64,000 nucleotides of DNA from the human T2T-CHM13v2.0 reference genome, Homo sapiens. This document shows, piece by piece, positions 25,181 through 38,054 of the stretch; within the stretch, counting starts at the first letter, position 1; each line of letters starts with the position of its first letter. Location: the NCBI RefSeq assembly GCF_009914755.1, contig NC_060927.1; one strand, given 5' to 3'. The translations under genes were made by a program, and so were the position numbers. The notes under the pieces are model-generated. The model was not told the origin of the DNA. It ran no database searches and was given only the letters and a program-made list of their open reading frames with translations.

Positions 25181-26838
25181 GAAACATAATGTTTGGGTAT
25201 ACTTTAAAACCACATAGATTGATTGTATTTCACTGATAATACATTTTTCCTTCTATTGTTAAAAATTATATTGAAGTTTATCTTTTCTTGTGAAATTATG
25301 GATTTCCCAGATTTAGATTTGTTGCCATATTTATGCCTTAAATGGAAATAATTTTTGTAAAATTCATTAATTTTATTCTCATTTATTTTTCCATTATGAG
25401 AGATATTAATTTTTAGAGAAAAATAAGACCTTGAGACTTGCTGAGATGTAGCACCTGCAGAAAAATTATTTCCATAAAATAGAAATAAATAAAATCTGTA
25501 ATTAGATACATGAGTTATAGGTATGCATGTAGGCACTTCTATTTTATATGTACTTCTATAAACAAATAAATTAATACATTTGCAGAAATCTGAAACTTTT
25601 CAGAAACCTACTCTAGTCTCTAAATACTTATAATGACCTTGTTCAAGCTAAAGTCATAATTGTTTTCAACACTAATAGGCATTCAAGCTAAAAGTTAAGA
25701 TAATTATAAACACCAGCATCTAAAAAAATCACGTGAAAAATGAATTCATGTTTCTTTTAAAGAATCTAAAACAAAATTTTCAATGTCTAAATTTGTCGTA
25801 CAATTACTGGTTAACTTCAAAGAGTTTTCAAAAATGTATACTTACCTAAGGCCATTTATTCAATGAATTCATCAAGCAGACATTGTGTGTGAGATACAAA
25901 GCCCACTTTCCTTAAGGTTTCATAGTCCACTACGGAAGATAGACAAGCAAACAGAAAACTATGGCTCAAAATGATAAATGGTCTTGGGGAAGTTCTGAGT
26001 ATCCTGGGAACATAAAAAGGAGAATTTAACCTACAATACCAAAGAAGGATTCTTGAAGACCAGAGGTCAGAGATTATTTTATATTTGCATTGGTAATAGT
26101 CGTATTTTGAAGTGTTTGATAATTTGCTAGTTTTGAACATTTCTGAGCTATCACCATTGATAAAGCCTCTTCTGACAATCCAAAAAGGAATACATGCAGT
26201 TCTTCAAGTTTCTGAATAAGTGTTATGTAAAGCAGTGAAATATGGTCTATATCGAACCATAGTGGTCCTTTTAGCTTGTTATCTTTTGACTTCAATTATT
26301 ATTGATGTTTCTATTCTAGACAATACTCTTTTGCAAATATTACTAAAATATACACATCCTAAAACTTAAGAAAAATTATACCATATAAATATTCATGAGT
26401 ATGAGAATGTGCAAGAAGTTTTGGTTGCTTATATCCAATCCTTTAGCTTATAAGTGATCACAATGAAGCCCAAATAGACTTGAAGTTGCTTAGGTCAAGG
26501 TGGATTTGAAGGAATTAAATTAACCTGAGAGAATGTTAGAAAGAACCAGAAAATCTGGAAGCAACCTGCCGTCAGACTTGCCAGAGGTCAGGAAGACCTC
26601 TTTAGGAAGAGGGAGAGTGTCTGTAAAAGATTCCCAACAGCTGGGTTGTAAAAGGTACAGCTGGAGCAGTTGGAAGAGAAAGTGGAAAGGCCTGAAAATG
26701 CAAAAGAATGAGGGTAAAATGAGATGTGCCTTGCTCAGAACAATAAGAGAAAGGCAGGAACAGCTGCAAGGTTTGGATCTGAGATGCATGGCAAACCCAG
26801 TTGCAGGGAAGGCCTGAATGAACGGCAATGTGAAATGC

Positions 26839-26928
26839 ATATATATATATATATGTGTGTGTGTGTGCGCGTGTGTGTGTGTGTGCGTGTATATATATGT
26901 GTGTATATATATGTGTATATATATATGT
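26839..26928. repeat. Compound (TA)n/(TG)n microsatellite
   Basis: Alternating purine-pyrimidine tract read directly. Confidence 0.95.
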
Positions 26929-27539
26929 AGAAGACAAATACTTAGATAGAATTAATATGCTTAGAAAGTAAAGTTCTTAGGAATGAAGTGGCAGCAATAA
27001 AGATTAAAAGCTGGAGAGTATTGTAGTGACAGGTATTTTGATTATGCTTTTAGGATAGCAACATACTGTAAATACCAAGCTAAGAAATGCTTAGAACTAC
27101 ACTGGCTACACAAACCAATTATGTTCTGAGTTTGGCATATTGTAACTTCTTAACTGGGGCATTTAAAATATTCCCTAGTCTATTTATACATGGATTGATA
27201 GGAAATTCATTTAACTTGCTCTACAAATAGTTTTAAAATATTAAAACATTTACATAAGTTTGAGATATTTCTTATCTTAATTATATAGGGTACAGTAGTA
27301 GTCAATTAATTTTTTCTTTCACTATTAACAATGAGCTTTTATGAGATTGCTGCTTGGTGCAAGAGCTGCTGTCAGTCTTTGGGTTATTATAGTTGCTGAT
27401 ATGAATTTAAAAGGAAAATAATATTAATCCCCCAAAACAACCTTTCTTCAAATTATGTAGCATCTGCCTCCTTTTTTTTTCACTGCATAATATAGTCTGG
27501 CAAAAAATAAGTGTGATCTTAATTGTTAGACTTGTTTAT

Positions 27540-27720
27540 TCCAGGGAGGAGCCAATGGAGCACTTACGGTAATTAACATATTTTGTCTGGTCTTCTCATT
27601 TTGTTAATGATATCTTATTGAAGGCTGAGCAGTAATTACTGCCCACTGAGGTACATACGCTGAAACAAATTAATGGCCAATGACCAATAATGATTACACT
27701 TGTAATTTTCTACTGTGAAA
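27540..27720. promoter_or_regulatory. Candidate homeodomain/CCAAT-rich cis-regulatory element
   Basis: Two TAATTA, perfect palindrome GCAGTAATTACTGC (27629-27642) and three CCAAT in repeat-poor DNA; motif evidence only. Confidence 0.35.
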
Positions 27721-28404
27721 TATCAGAAAAAATTGAAATTAAAAATAAAGTTATTTGAAGCTAACATTTAACTGTTTTGTTAAACTATGCTAAAATCATT
27801 TTAACAACTCAACAAAGAAACGATATACCACAACTTTATCATCACTTCCACCATTTTCATATTAATTTACAAGAAAATTAATTTTTCCAATGTTTTACAT
27901 TTTTACCCAATGGGATACAAAAGTAAAAGTGGACAAAATAGGACACAGTTTATATTCACTTTCAGGTACGGCTTTTAGGTATTTGTAGCACTTTTACTTT
28001 AAGATTGACAACATAATTTTTCAGTGATTTCAAGAAGTAATTTTCTAGACCAGAAAACAGTATTTCCTCTTTTTTCCTTTTTAACAGGATATTTTCCCCC
28101 CAACTCCTTCTTGTTATTTATCTATGCATAAGAAATGCTGGGATACTTACCACTTTAAACAACTTTAATACTTTTTATTGCTCAAACTTTATCTCATGGG
28201 TTTATCAAAATAAATCATAATCTTCCTATAACACTGCCTACTATAACTTGGGGTAGAGGGTGATGATAGATGTTCCCAAAGTTTCTGTAGTATACAATTT
28301 GACTGGTAAAGTTGAGCAGCTTGAAACTCCTCTTTTTAAAAATTCTACCAGCAACTTCAGCACATATATTTCACATGTGGAAAAAAAATGATAAATTTTA
28401 GCTG

Positions 28405-28582
28405 AGAATTAGCATAGTGTACTATTGGCATTCTTTGGACTGGAATGTAGGAGTTCTGGGACATAAATCTGTGTCACTAATTAGCTGGACTCATTGGTTC
28501 TGGGCCTTGGTTTTCTGACCTGAGAAATGGGAGCTTTCTACTAGATTATCTCCAATGTCACTCATAGCTTTAATGTTCCATA
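28405..28582 (+). mobile_element. MIR (MIRb/MIR3-like)
   Basis: TCTGTGTCACTAATTAGCTG...TCTGGGCCTTGGTTTTCTGACCTGAGAAATGG...CTAGATTATCTC. Confidence 0.75.
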
Positions 28583-31544
28583 GTAAGTGTTGTAATAAGG
28601 ATCACAGGAGACTGGGAATTATTTTTCTTTTTTCTGGTTAGATCATTGTTTGAAAACATCTTATTAAGAACTTTAGGTAATTTTAATTACTTAAGAGTTC
28701 AGTTTGTAGCGTCAAATTTTCTTGTCTGTAAGTTTTAGGCCTCATCAGATAATTAAGGTATGGAATAGACTTATATGTTTTTGTTTACTGAATGGGAAAA
28801 CTAACCCTAGCATCTAAACCTGGATAACTAGCTTAAATATATACAATATTTTAAAATAAACTTTAAAAATAAAATTCAGATAAATATTATTATGTAAAAT
28901 TGTTAATAAAATGTAATGATTTCATTTATTACAGTGTTTTGTTTCTTATGAGAATTTGAGTTTCTATGGGATCAGAATTCAATTTTTACATAGTTTTGTA
29001 CCCTGACTTATTACACATAAGACTGCAATAAAGATTTGTTTAAATAAAAAAAAATGTTAAAACAATTTTGGACTGTATGTTGCTATGTTGTTTTCAATTG
29101 TTTTAAGTTTCAAATATCTTCTTTTCTTTAAATTAGAAATGGACTTTTTATAAGATAAATCAAATGTTTTACAATGAAGCAATTAAAGCTTGATTCTTTG
29201 AGTTAAGGTTTATTATTTGGATATGGATATCACACTGGAATTTTGATCTCACTGTTATGAGCAGAATATCACATCCAAATTACTTTTTTTGAGGAAATTG
29301 GGCTTAACGAGGATACAAATTGCCAGATTATTATTAGCCAAAATTTCTGCCCTAGAGATTTTAGTCTGTCTACTAAAGTTTATCATTATCTTCTTTAGGA
29401 CCCCCTAGCAAAAGATGAGAGTTGTTATCCAACTTTAAGTTATTTCAGGACTTCTGGCTGATTTTAATTTTTCCTTTAAATTCATGGGAACGGGTCGTGT
29501 ACGCCTGGCTGAACTTGGTTTAGATTTTTGACAGTTTTTTATTTGCGTCCCTTTTGGATGTTTTTCAAAGTGTCCAGACTATTCACACCACATCTGAATA
29601 AGCACTACCCACTGGTTTAATTCAAATTGTCTGGCATACTTCTAATTAGTATTGTTAATGCTTACAGATTATTATTAATAAAATAAAGTGTTGCACCTGG
29701 AGTTTACTGGAGAAATGTTTAGAAGCTTAAACGAAAAATTTAAGCTTTTAAAAATTGATTTTAATAGAAAATTCGTGGTTGGAGTACAACAAGAAATGAC
29801 AAGTAACCAAAATAACTATCTCTTATGATATAATTCCCAAACTGAAATTTTGGCAGTAATCCTTTAATATATTTAGACTTAGCATCATTGGCAAACTGAA
29901 AGTTATAAAGATGTATATGGAGAATACTTAGAAGCTAGTTTTGCTATACCAATGATTAGCAAATTTCAATTATGTCCAAATTCAGTATATGCCTGCACAT
30001 CAGTACGTATTTTAGCAACTAAAAAAGCTGTTTGCAATAATATTAAGTTATAAATGGTTTCCAGTTCTTACTTCCTCAGCAGTGAGTGAAAAACACAACA
30101 GATTATAAAAATATTATCTAGAAGTATGCTGGAAAAATACATGTTTATGTGTGTCTACCTCTGTAATAATGGAGTGTTTTTCTTCATTTTTCTCAAGACC
30201 ATTTAAGGAAAGTTATTTAAGAAGCAAATAAAGCAAGAACCTGAAATTTATTTAATTTTAAAAAGTATGACTTTCTAAAAGTGAGGTTGTGGGCACTTAC
30301 TCCACCATCATCTTTTCTACTAAACTGTGCATCATGAATTTAAGCAAGTGGATTCATCAGTTAGAGGCTCATATTTTTAAAAATCTGATGTTTTATATTT
30401 TTCTTGTTTGGAGCATTAGTGAAGTTTTTCAAAAATCATTTGCTACATGTATACTTGTGTTAATAGTTTTGATTTATATCCATATCTTTATAAATTCTCT
30501 TAAAACGTATACGAGCATTTACAATTGAAATGCTCATATTTACAACTGAAAAATTTAAAACTTATGTACATATACCTGGTACACTAAAAAATTCAAAGGA
30601 ATAAATTACTTTCCTTATTTTGCTCACAAATTTAAAATAATTCCTACTATGTCTTTTTCATCATTGATCTGTATATTGGAATTGTGGTCATCAGAATATC
30701 ACGTTCATTATTTTGTTTTGGAAATATTTCAACATCTCTATTCAAGGACTGACTGGATCATGTTTACAGAGGCTTTTCAAGGCGTCTGTTCTTAGCCACA
30801 GCTGAGAATGGGGCCCACCGTGCTGACTGGAAGCATCCACCTAGAATTTGTTGAATTAAGTCCTTGCACCTGGATATAATTGTTGTAACGCTGTGCTGGG
30901 GTTTTCTTAAGCTACTGGTAAAACAAATTAGCTCAATTTAAACTGGCATCCAGTAGAGAAGCAACAACTCACCTCATATAATGTTTTCCAAATAATTATT
31001 TTTGTATTGCCAGGTTTACCTCATGAATATTTTCCTGAGGGTTGGTTGAGAAAAAATGTTTTTAAACTAGAGATGTGATGAAAATTCTGCTCATGTTATA
31101 GGCTTTGATATTATTGCAGTATAATTAAGATACAGATAAATATGTGATCATAATTTCAGTTAAGCTGGATTATTCCCCTTGCTAAATAAAACATAAATTC
31201 AGATATTTAGTTGTGAGTTAGAGCTGAAGAAATATTCTCATATCTGTATTTAAGTTTCGTTAGCCATTGTCATATTTGCTGTGGACTTAATGACATAACT
31301 ATTTTTACAGGCAGAAAAGATGCACGTAAGGGTCCTGATCAGCTGAAGACAAGATTCATTTATGTTTGTCAGTAGAGCTTGTCATCTTATTTGGTTATGC
31401 ATGTTTTCAGTCATTTATCCTTGGCAATTAAATATACAAGCTTTCTGGAAATCCAGTAAATTTTAAATTTTAGTAGCTGTTAAGAATGGAACTGGTGTAT
31501 ATGGGCATAGGAGACTAATACCCATATATACTTCTTTGTGCATT

Positions 31545-31870
31545 AATTACTTATGCACCTAATACAAAAATCATAGGCACCAAGTGAGTGCCAGGCAGAA
31601 TTCTTAGCACTGAGGGCACAGCTGGGAAGCATAGGAAATTCCTGCCTTCCTGACGTTTACATTTTAACTGGAGAGACAGACAAAAAATAAAGTAGAAAGA
31701 AAGACAGACAGAGAGAAAGAAAGAAAGAAAAAAGAAAGGAAACAAAGAAAAAGGAAGAATATAATTTCAGTGAGTGTTATATTCTATGAAGAACATAGTG
31801 TGAGCTAGAGTATGGAGGAAAGGTACAACTAGATTGTTTAGACAGAAGGGCTTCTCTGAGAAAGTTATCG
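31545..31870 (-). mobile_element. L2 fragment with internal (GAAA)n
   Basis: GTGCCAGGCAGAATTCTTAGCACTGAGG...CCTGCCTTCCTGACGTTTACATTTTAACTGGAGAGACAGACA. Confidence 0.75.
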
Positions 31871-34544
31871 TGTATCAATAAACACACATGCTACCTGCAT
31901 TTATATAACGTTTATTTCTTAATATGCATTTGTATTTGCAATACCTTGCACAATGTTTAGCATAAAATGAAAGAAAAATGCTCTTTGTAATTGGAGATGG
32001 AAGGCAGCTAGCATCTTGAAAAGTCTGTGCACAGATGTAGGGGCATATATGTAAAAGACTGTTGATATTATTGTTTTGCCAAATATAACATAGACAACGT
32101 AACAGCCTAATATTATAAAATTGTCTATTACAAAGGTTTGGATATAAAGCCCTCCAGAGTCCTTTTTAATCACTGTCTTCAAAAATTGTTACTTCTTCTT
32201 TCATTATAATTTGTACATATTTCTGTTATAGTGCGTCCCACATTGCATTGCCATTAGTTATATACAAATATATATTTCTTTCTAGATTTTTCTCCTTGAC
32301 AGTGTTTGTCCTTTAACATCTTTGTGTTTCTAAGCAAATCAAATTTGTTTTGATAGAAGTGTGTGATAGTGGGGATTTTACTTTATTTCAGTTACAATGT
32401 TCTGACCTGATTACATGGGAATTTTTCACTTATATGTTGATGTTCTGAGAGAAAAATATTGTCTTTAAGTGGCAGAGCTTACCAAATTCCAGCAAACCAG
32501 CTAGCTGACTTGTGCTTATTGCTCATAGAAAACATTGTAGCTAAGTTGATTAGCAATGACAACACTACTGCTGCTGCTGGAAATATCTACCATTTTTTCA
32601 GCCTTTTCCAGTGTTAGCTATTGGCCACTACTTACATTGTTCTATCAAATCCTGACAACTACCCTATCAGATAGGTATTTATTGACCCACTTTATAAATG
32701 TGTAATTGAAACTCAGAGAGGATAAAAAACTGCCTGGTCACCGGCCTTGTCATAATATTATGTGTGCTGAGTTATATGAAGTTTGTTATATATAAGAAAA
32801 ATACTATAAAATTTCAAATTAAAAATTTATAAAATGGCTACTTTATATATCTAATATGTGTGTTGTTACATGGCAATGGGATATTCTTTTGAATGTTTAG
32901 TGGAGAATGGGTGTGAAGTGTCAGGGATATGTATTTTGCTAAAGTTTGGGATGGGTGTATGTGTATATATGTCATATGTGTAAATATTTGCATAGTTATT
33001 TGATACTATTAGCTTTGAGCTGAGTAGCACTCACTATTATTCCACTCTACAAAAGGAACTTTGGAGGACAAGGGCCATTTCTTGTTATCTCTGTGGCCTC
33101 AATGATACAATGTAGACACCTACTAAATGCTTGTTAAAAAAAAAATTAACAAGGCAATTTCATCACTAAGGCAATACATAGCATAGGAGCCTCTAAGAGT
33201 TTTACTTTCTTCAAATTTAAAAAGCAGCATCAATAACAGGGGAAAACAACAAATAAATAGCTCTTGTTATTTTTATTTTAAAAGATCAGTAGAGTTTTAT
33301 TTTGATTACAAGACTTGATCTTCAAAATTAAGTAAAAGTGTATTTGTATCTTCCTATGGAATGATGAAAGTGAAGGTCAGTCCCTACTGTTGGTAATTTA
33401 TTTTATGGTTATGTGTCTACAGGTACATAAGAAGTAGAACATACTCAAAATGCTTTGTAAAGTTTACACATATTTGATTCTTGCAGCTCAAAGTGAAGAA
33501 GTGGTCTAGATATAAATGTAGGTGACTTGAATATAAAATATTGCTATTATATAATTTTGTATATCAGATATTAGAAAAAACAAGAATGTGATTATTTATG
33601 TAATAGGTTCAACTTCAGTAGTTACACAGCAATTTACTGAGTACAGAGTAAAAAAGTATTTAGTCCACAATTTCTATTAATTAAGAGTAGAAGATGATTT
33701 TTAGTAGAAGCTCCTTATATATTGTATGGTACAAGTCTAAAATTCTCAGAGTTAAAGAGAGGAGCTTTATGAACATGTGCTTATTCTGTTTCTCTTATTT
33801 TTTCTGGGAGAACGCTTAGTTCATTCTATGGAATTAAGGCCACCCCTGAAGTAATCTCTCTCAGAATTATGTGCTGCTTCAGGTATCCCAGTGAAAGAGG
33901 TCTCTCACAGTTCTAATATTTTTGATAAATTCATATATAGACCAAAATGTGAATGTGACATTATTTTAAATTCCCCAAATTATCTGATCTAATCTTAGTG
34001 TTCCAAGTGTAAATCTGAAGGGAAATTAAATCGTATTTTGTTGAAAGATAGTATTGTAGAGACTTACTATAAGGCTCTAGAAGTTACCTGTCTGTCATGA
34101 AAGATTTGTTTTTATGGGACTGAATGATATATTGTAGATTTCATAGAAAACTCTATGTTTTCAAATTTTTGATGTCCCAAATTTAATTTCACTAACTGAT
34201 ACCCATGGAGTGTTCATACTGAATTGATATGGGGAGAGATAACCGGCAGTGAAGAGGTGAACAATAATCTAGTTGCTCCAGGCATCTGTGATTTTTCCTA
34301 CTTCTATATTATTTCAGGTGCTCTACATTTTGCTTTTAAAATAACCGTTTTAATTCTATTGATTTCTCTACATCTCTGCTTGTACCAGCTACCATCTTCT
34401 GTCACTTGGACTGCATGCTGACTTCCCTGCCTCTAGCCTCCCACTTTAAATGCCCTGACATTCATTCTCCGTACAGGAGCCAGTATTTTTTTATAGTGTA
34501 AGCCAAATTATGTCTCTCCTTCTTTAAAAGGCTTTCAAGGCTTT

Positions 34545-34935
34545 ATTTATAATTGCCCAAACTGAAAATAATACAAATGTTCATCAACTAGTGAATGAAT
34601 AAACAAATTATAATAATTCGTACAATAGAATTCTTTCAGCAATCATGAGCTGTTACATACCAGAACATCGGTGAGTCTGAAAGGCATTATGCTAATTAAG
34701 AGAAGCAAGACACAAAACCTACAAGATTCCATTTATTCCATTTACATGACATTTTGGAAAAACTATAGGGACAAAATCAGACCAGTAGTTGCTAGGGGGT
34801 GGTGGATGCAAGAGAACTTTTTGGTGTGAGGTAAATGATCTATTTCTTGATTGTGACAGTTGCACATCTTTATACATTTATCTATAATCATCAGTTTTAC
34901 ATGCAAAGAGTGAATTTTAATACATTCATATATGA
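34545..34935 (+). mobile_element. Old L1M (L1ME/MC-like) 3' region inserted in an L2
   Basis: CAAATGTTCATCAACTAGTGAATGAATAAACAAAT...GGCATTATGCTAA...GACATTTTGGAAAA...GTAGTTGCTAGGGG. Confidence 0.8.
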
Positions 34936-34967
34936 TGTGACATATTTGTATGTATCTGTCTCTGTCA

Positions 34968-35030
34968 CACACATATACACACACACACTCTCTCTCTCTC
35001 ACACACACACAAACACAAACACACATATAT
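34968..35030. repeat. (CA)n/(CT)n compound microsatellite
   Basis: Read directly. Confidence 0.85.
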
Positions 35031-35838
35031 GTATAAAGAGAGTTCCAATCCTATAGAATGCGTTGTATCCCCCTAGAAATAAAAATAGGAAAGTAAACAC
35101 ATTTTCATAAAGTGCCTCCCTTTAACTCCAAGAATTTTGCACATGTATTGTAGGCTGTGAGGAGCTTCTGCCCCAAATTATGTACATGAGGTACATTATA
35201 CCCCAATAAATGTGACTTAAGCATCAAAAAGCATTCAATGGCCTTCCTGTACTTAGACTGAAGCTCCATAGCCCTAACTGTGGTCTAGGAGGCCCCTTGT
35301 GAACTTGCGTCTGCCTGCCCTTCACCTGTTTTCTCCCACTACCTCTCATTGTTCTAGATCATTTAGTAAGTTTTCTTAGATGTTTGATATTTAACTTTCG
35401 AAACAATAATTAGCATTCAAAAGTAACATTTAATATTTGTTGAGGATTTAAAATGTGAAATTATATATCAATAATTCCTTGAAATGATACCTATATTTTC
35501 TCTTAAAAATTAAAATTCTTATCTACAAACTGTCTATATCTGTCATAATAGGCATCTTGATTTTTTGTTCATGGAAAGCGAAGAGAAGATTCAGTAATTT
35601 TAAATATCAGAGGGGTTGTTCAACTTAGACAACAGCTAGTTATTTTCTGTCAGTTGAACATAATATAGGATGAACTTATACTATATTAATTAATTACACA
35701 AATGATTTTTTATATCTATTATGTAACAGGACACATAAAGGGGGCATTTTCACTTTATAAATATACAAGGATTGAATTTTATTAAGTAATACGCTCTTCT
35801 ATTTTATTTACAAATATAATTTAACATATAAGCCATCA

Positions 35839-36174
35839 CAGTCATGTGCTTCAAGATATGTTTTGGCCAACTATGGACTGCATGTATGACAGTGGTCCCA
35901 TAAGATTTTAGTGCTGTATTTTTACTGTATCTTTTCTATGTTTAGATACACAGATACTTACCTTTGGGTTGCAATTACCTGTGGTATCCAGTACAGTAAC
36001 ATGCTGTACAGGTTTGTTGCCTAGGAGCAATAGGCTATACTAAATAGCCTAGGTGTGTAAGCTACACCAGCTACATTTATATGAGTATATGCTATACTAT
36101 GTTTGTACCAGGAGGAAATTGCCTAATGACACATTTTTTAGAATATATATCTGTAGTTAAGTGACACGTGATTG
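35839..36174. mobile_element. Tigger3a/MER7A (TcMar-Tigger MITE)
   Basis: Terminal CAGTCATGTG...CACGTGATTG inverted ends; internal GGTCCCATAAGATT and CCTAGGAGCAATAGGCTATAC. Confidence 0.88.
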
Positions 36175-36637
36175 TACATATATTTCAGAAATATGCAATA
36201 CAACTTCTTGTGTATTGAATGTGAGTCAATGCACAAATATATAGCAAGTACAATTTATAATGGGAGAGAGACTGAATATAGAAAACACACACACCCACAA
36301 AAAATTTATTCAATTCTAAGAAAAATACAGTTTTCTAAAAGTGGGAACATATAAAAGTAAAAATTTAGTTAACATATGTCTAAATTAGATTTACAAAGCT
36401 TCTATAAATGCATTAAAATAGATTCATATCAATCATTAAAATATCTCAAAAAAACTGATCATATATATTATCTGATAGTGTACCACATCACATTGGTCAC
36501 CTTTACATACTATGCCTCCCAGGAGTATTTCAGAACTGGACAAAATTTTCAACTCATGTGAGAATTAGCAAAATACAAATTGAGCCCATAATGGTGTTAT
36601 GGAATTTTAATTTTCAAAAATGTTCAGTTGGCTATTT

Positions 36638-36760
36638 CCTTCCCTCCCTCCCTCCCTCCCTCCCTCCCTTCCTTTCTTCCTTCCTTCCCTCCTTCCTTCC
36701 TTCCTTCCTTCCTTCCCTCCCTCCCTTCTTTCCTTCCCTCCCTTCTTCCCTCCCTCCCCC
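36638..36760. repeat. Polypyrimidine (CCCT)n/(CCTT)n tract
   Basis: About 120 bp of pure C/T. Confidence 0.95.
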
Positions 36761-37399
36761 CAATTCTCACTCTTCTTTACCCTTCCGTTTTTTCTTACGC
36801 TCACTTATTACAGTCACTGTAAGAGGTTTTCAGTTTATGGCTCTAGGATATCTTCAATTCACCTGAAATTTTTGCTATTCTGCATGAATATAGTAAATAT
36901 ACAGACCACTGGCTAGCCTTAGTCCCAGAATTTACTTCTTTTCTCTTAGTTAATTTCCTTTTCAGTTCCAGGAACAGGAAAACATTACTCAGGGAACATC
37001 TTGTGCAATGATGCCACATCCATCACTTAATAAGAGCTTGTTTTCAACTTTCTGAACCAGCGGGGTGACCTTATGTTCCCAAGAGAGGGCCTAAAATGCA
37101 CTGGGCAAAGCTCTACCTCTTGAAATGGCTGTTTGGTGTTACAGATGTTCAGGTGACTGACTGATGGTTTCCTCCCTCTGTATGACAGCTCCTGGGAAGC
37201 TCTAGGATGTGACTTTAAGCTGGAAAGACTCTCAGGAGCTAGGTTTGATATGGCACAATCTCAAGGCATCGCTAAGTCTGAAGTTCTTCCAGCAGGTCTG
37301 GTGAGTTCTGAAACTTTCCTGGCAAACCCATCTACTCTGACAGCACAAACAGAGAAATAAAAATAAGGGAAATATCAAAGTTAAGGCCTTCCTGGGTGT

Positions 37400-37640
37400 A
37401 GTATAACATACTGGTTAAAAGCTGTAGTTCTGAGGTTGAGATTGTTTGGGTACAATTCCTCATTCCACCACTGCTGGCTGCACAATCAGGGCATCAATTT
37501 TCTCATTTACGGTAATAAGAATATAATGATGAAAATAATAATAATACTTACATTCAATGGAATTACCATGAAGATTAAATTAAATTAACACAGCCTAGCA
37601 CAAAATAAACATTAACTAAATGTTATCTGTTAGTATTGTT
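37400..37640 (+). mobile_element. MIR
   Basis: GGTTAAAAGC...TCAATTTTCTCAT...ATGAAGATTAAAT...CACAGCCTAGCACA. Confidence 0.65.
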
Positions 37641-37775
37641 GTTATTGCTATTATACTGTTATTCTAAGCCTCAGCAGATAATTTGGCCACAACTGAGTAA
37701 CTACTAGGGATTTTCTTGTATTATCAATTATACAAATAATTTATGGAACAGTTGTGATAAATATATACCTAAGGA

Positions 37776-38054
37776 GGCTGGGCATAGTGGCTCAAGCCTG
37801 TAATCCTGGTACTTTGGGCGGCTGAAGGAGGAGGATTGCTTGAGGCCAGGATTTCAAGACCAGCCAGGGCAACACAGAGAGACTTTGTCTCTACAAAAAA
37901 TTTAAAAATTAGCTGGGTATTGTGGCACACACCTGCAGTCCTTGCTACCAGAGAGGATCACTTTAGCCCAGGAGTTTGCAGCTACAGTGAGCCATGATTA
38001 TGCCACTGCACTCCAGTCCAGAAGACAGAGCGAGATCCTGTCTCTAAAAAAAAA
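37776..38054 (+). mobile_element. Alu (AluJ-like) with right-arm deletion
   Basis: GGCTGGGCATAGTGGCTCA...GAGCGAGATCCTGTCTCTAAAA. Confidence 0.93.

Noticed and set aside
30513-30550. Imperfect palindrome GAGCATTTACAATTGAAATGCTC with a short direct repeat
   Set aside because: Short and AT-rich, with no TSD or transposon features; plausibly chance.
36558-36916. Several overlapping Pro/Ser/Leu-rich or Gly/Arg/Glu-rich ORFs
   Set aside because: Translations of the (CCTT)n microsatellite.
37145-37306. 156-nt exon-like segment ending CTG|gtgagt
   Set aside because: Weak pyrimidine tract and stops in all frames; strong donors occur often by chance.
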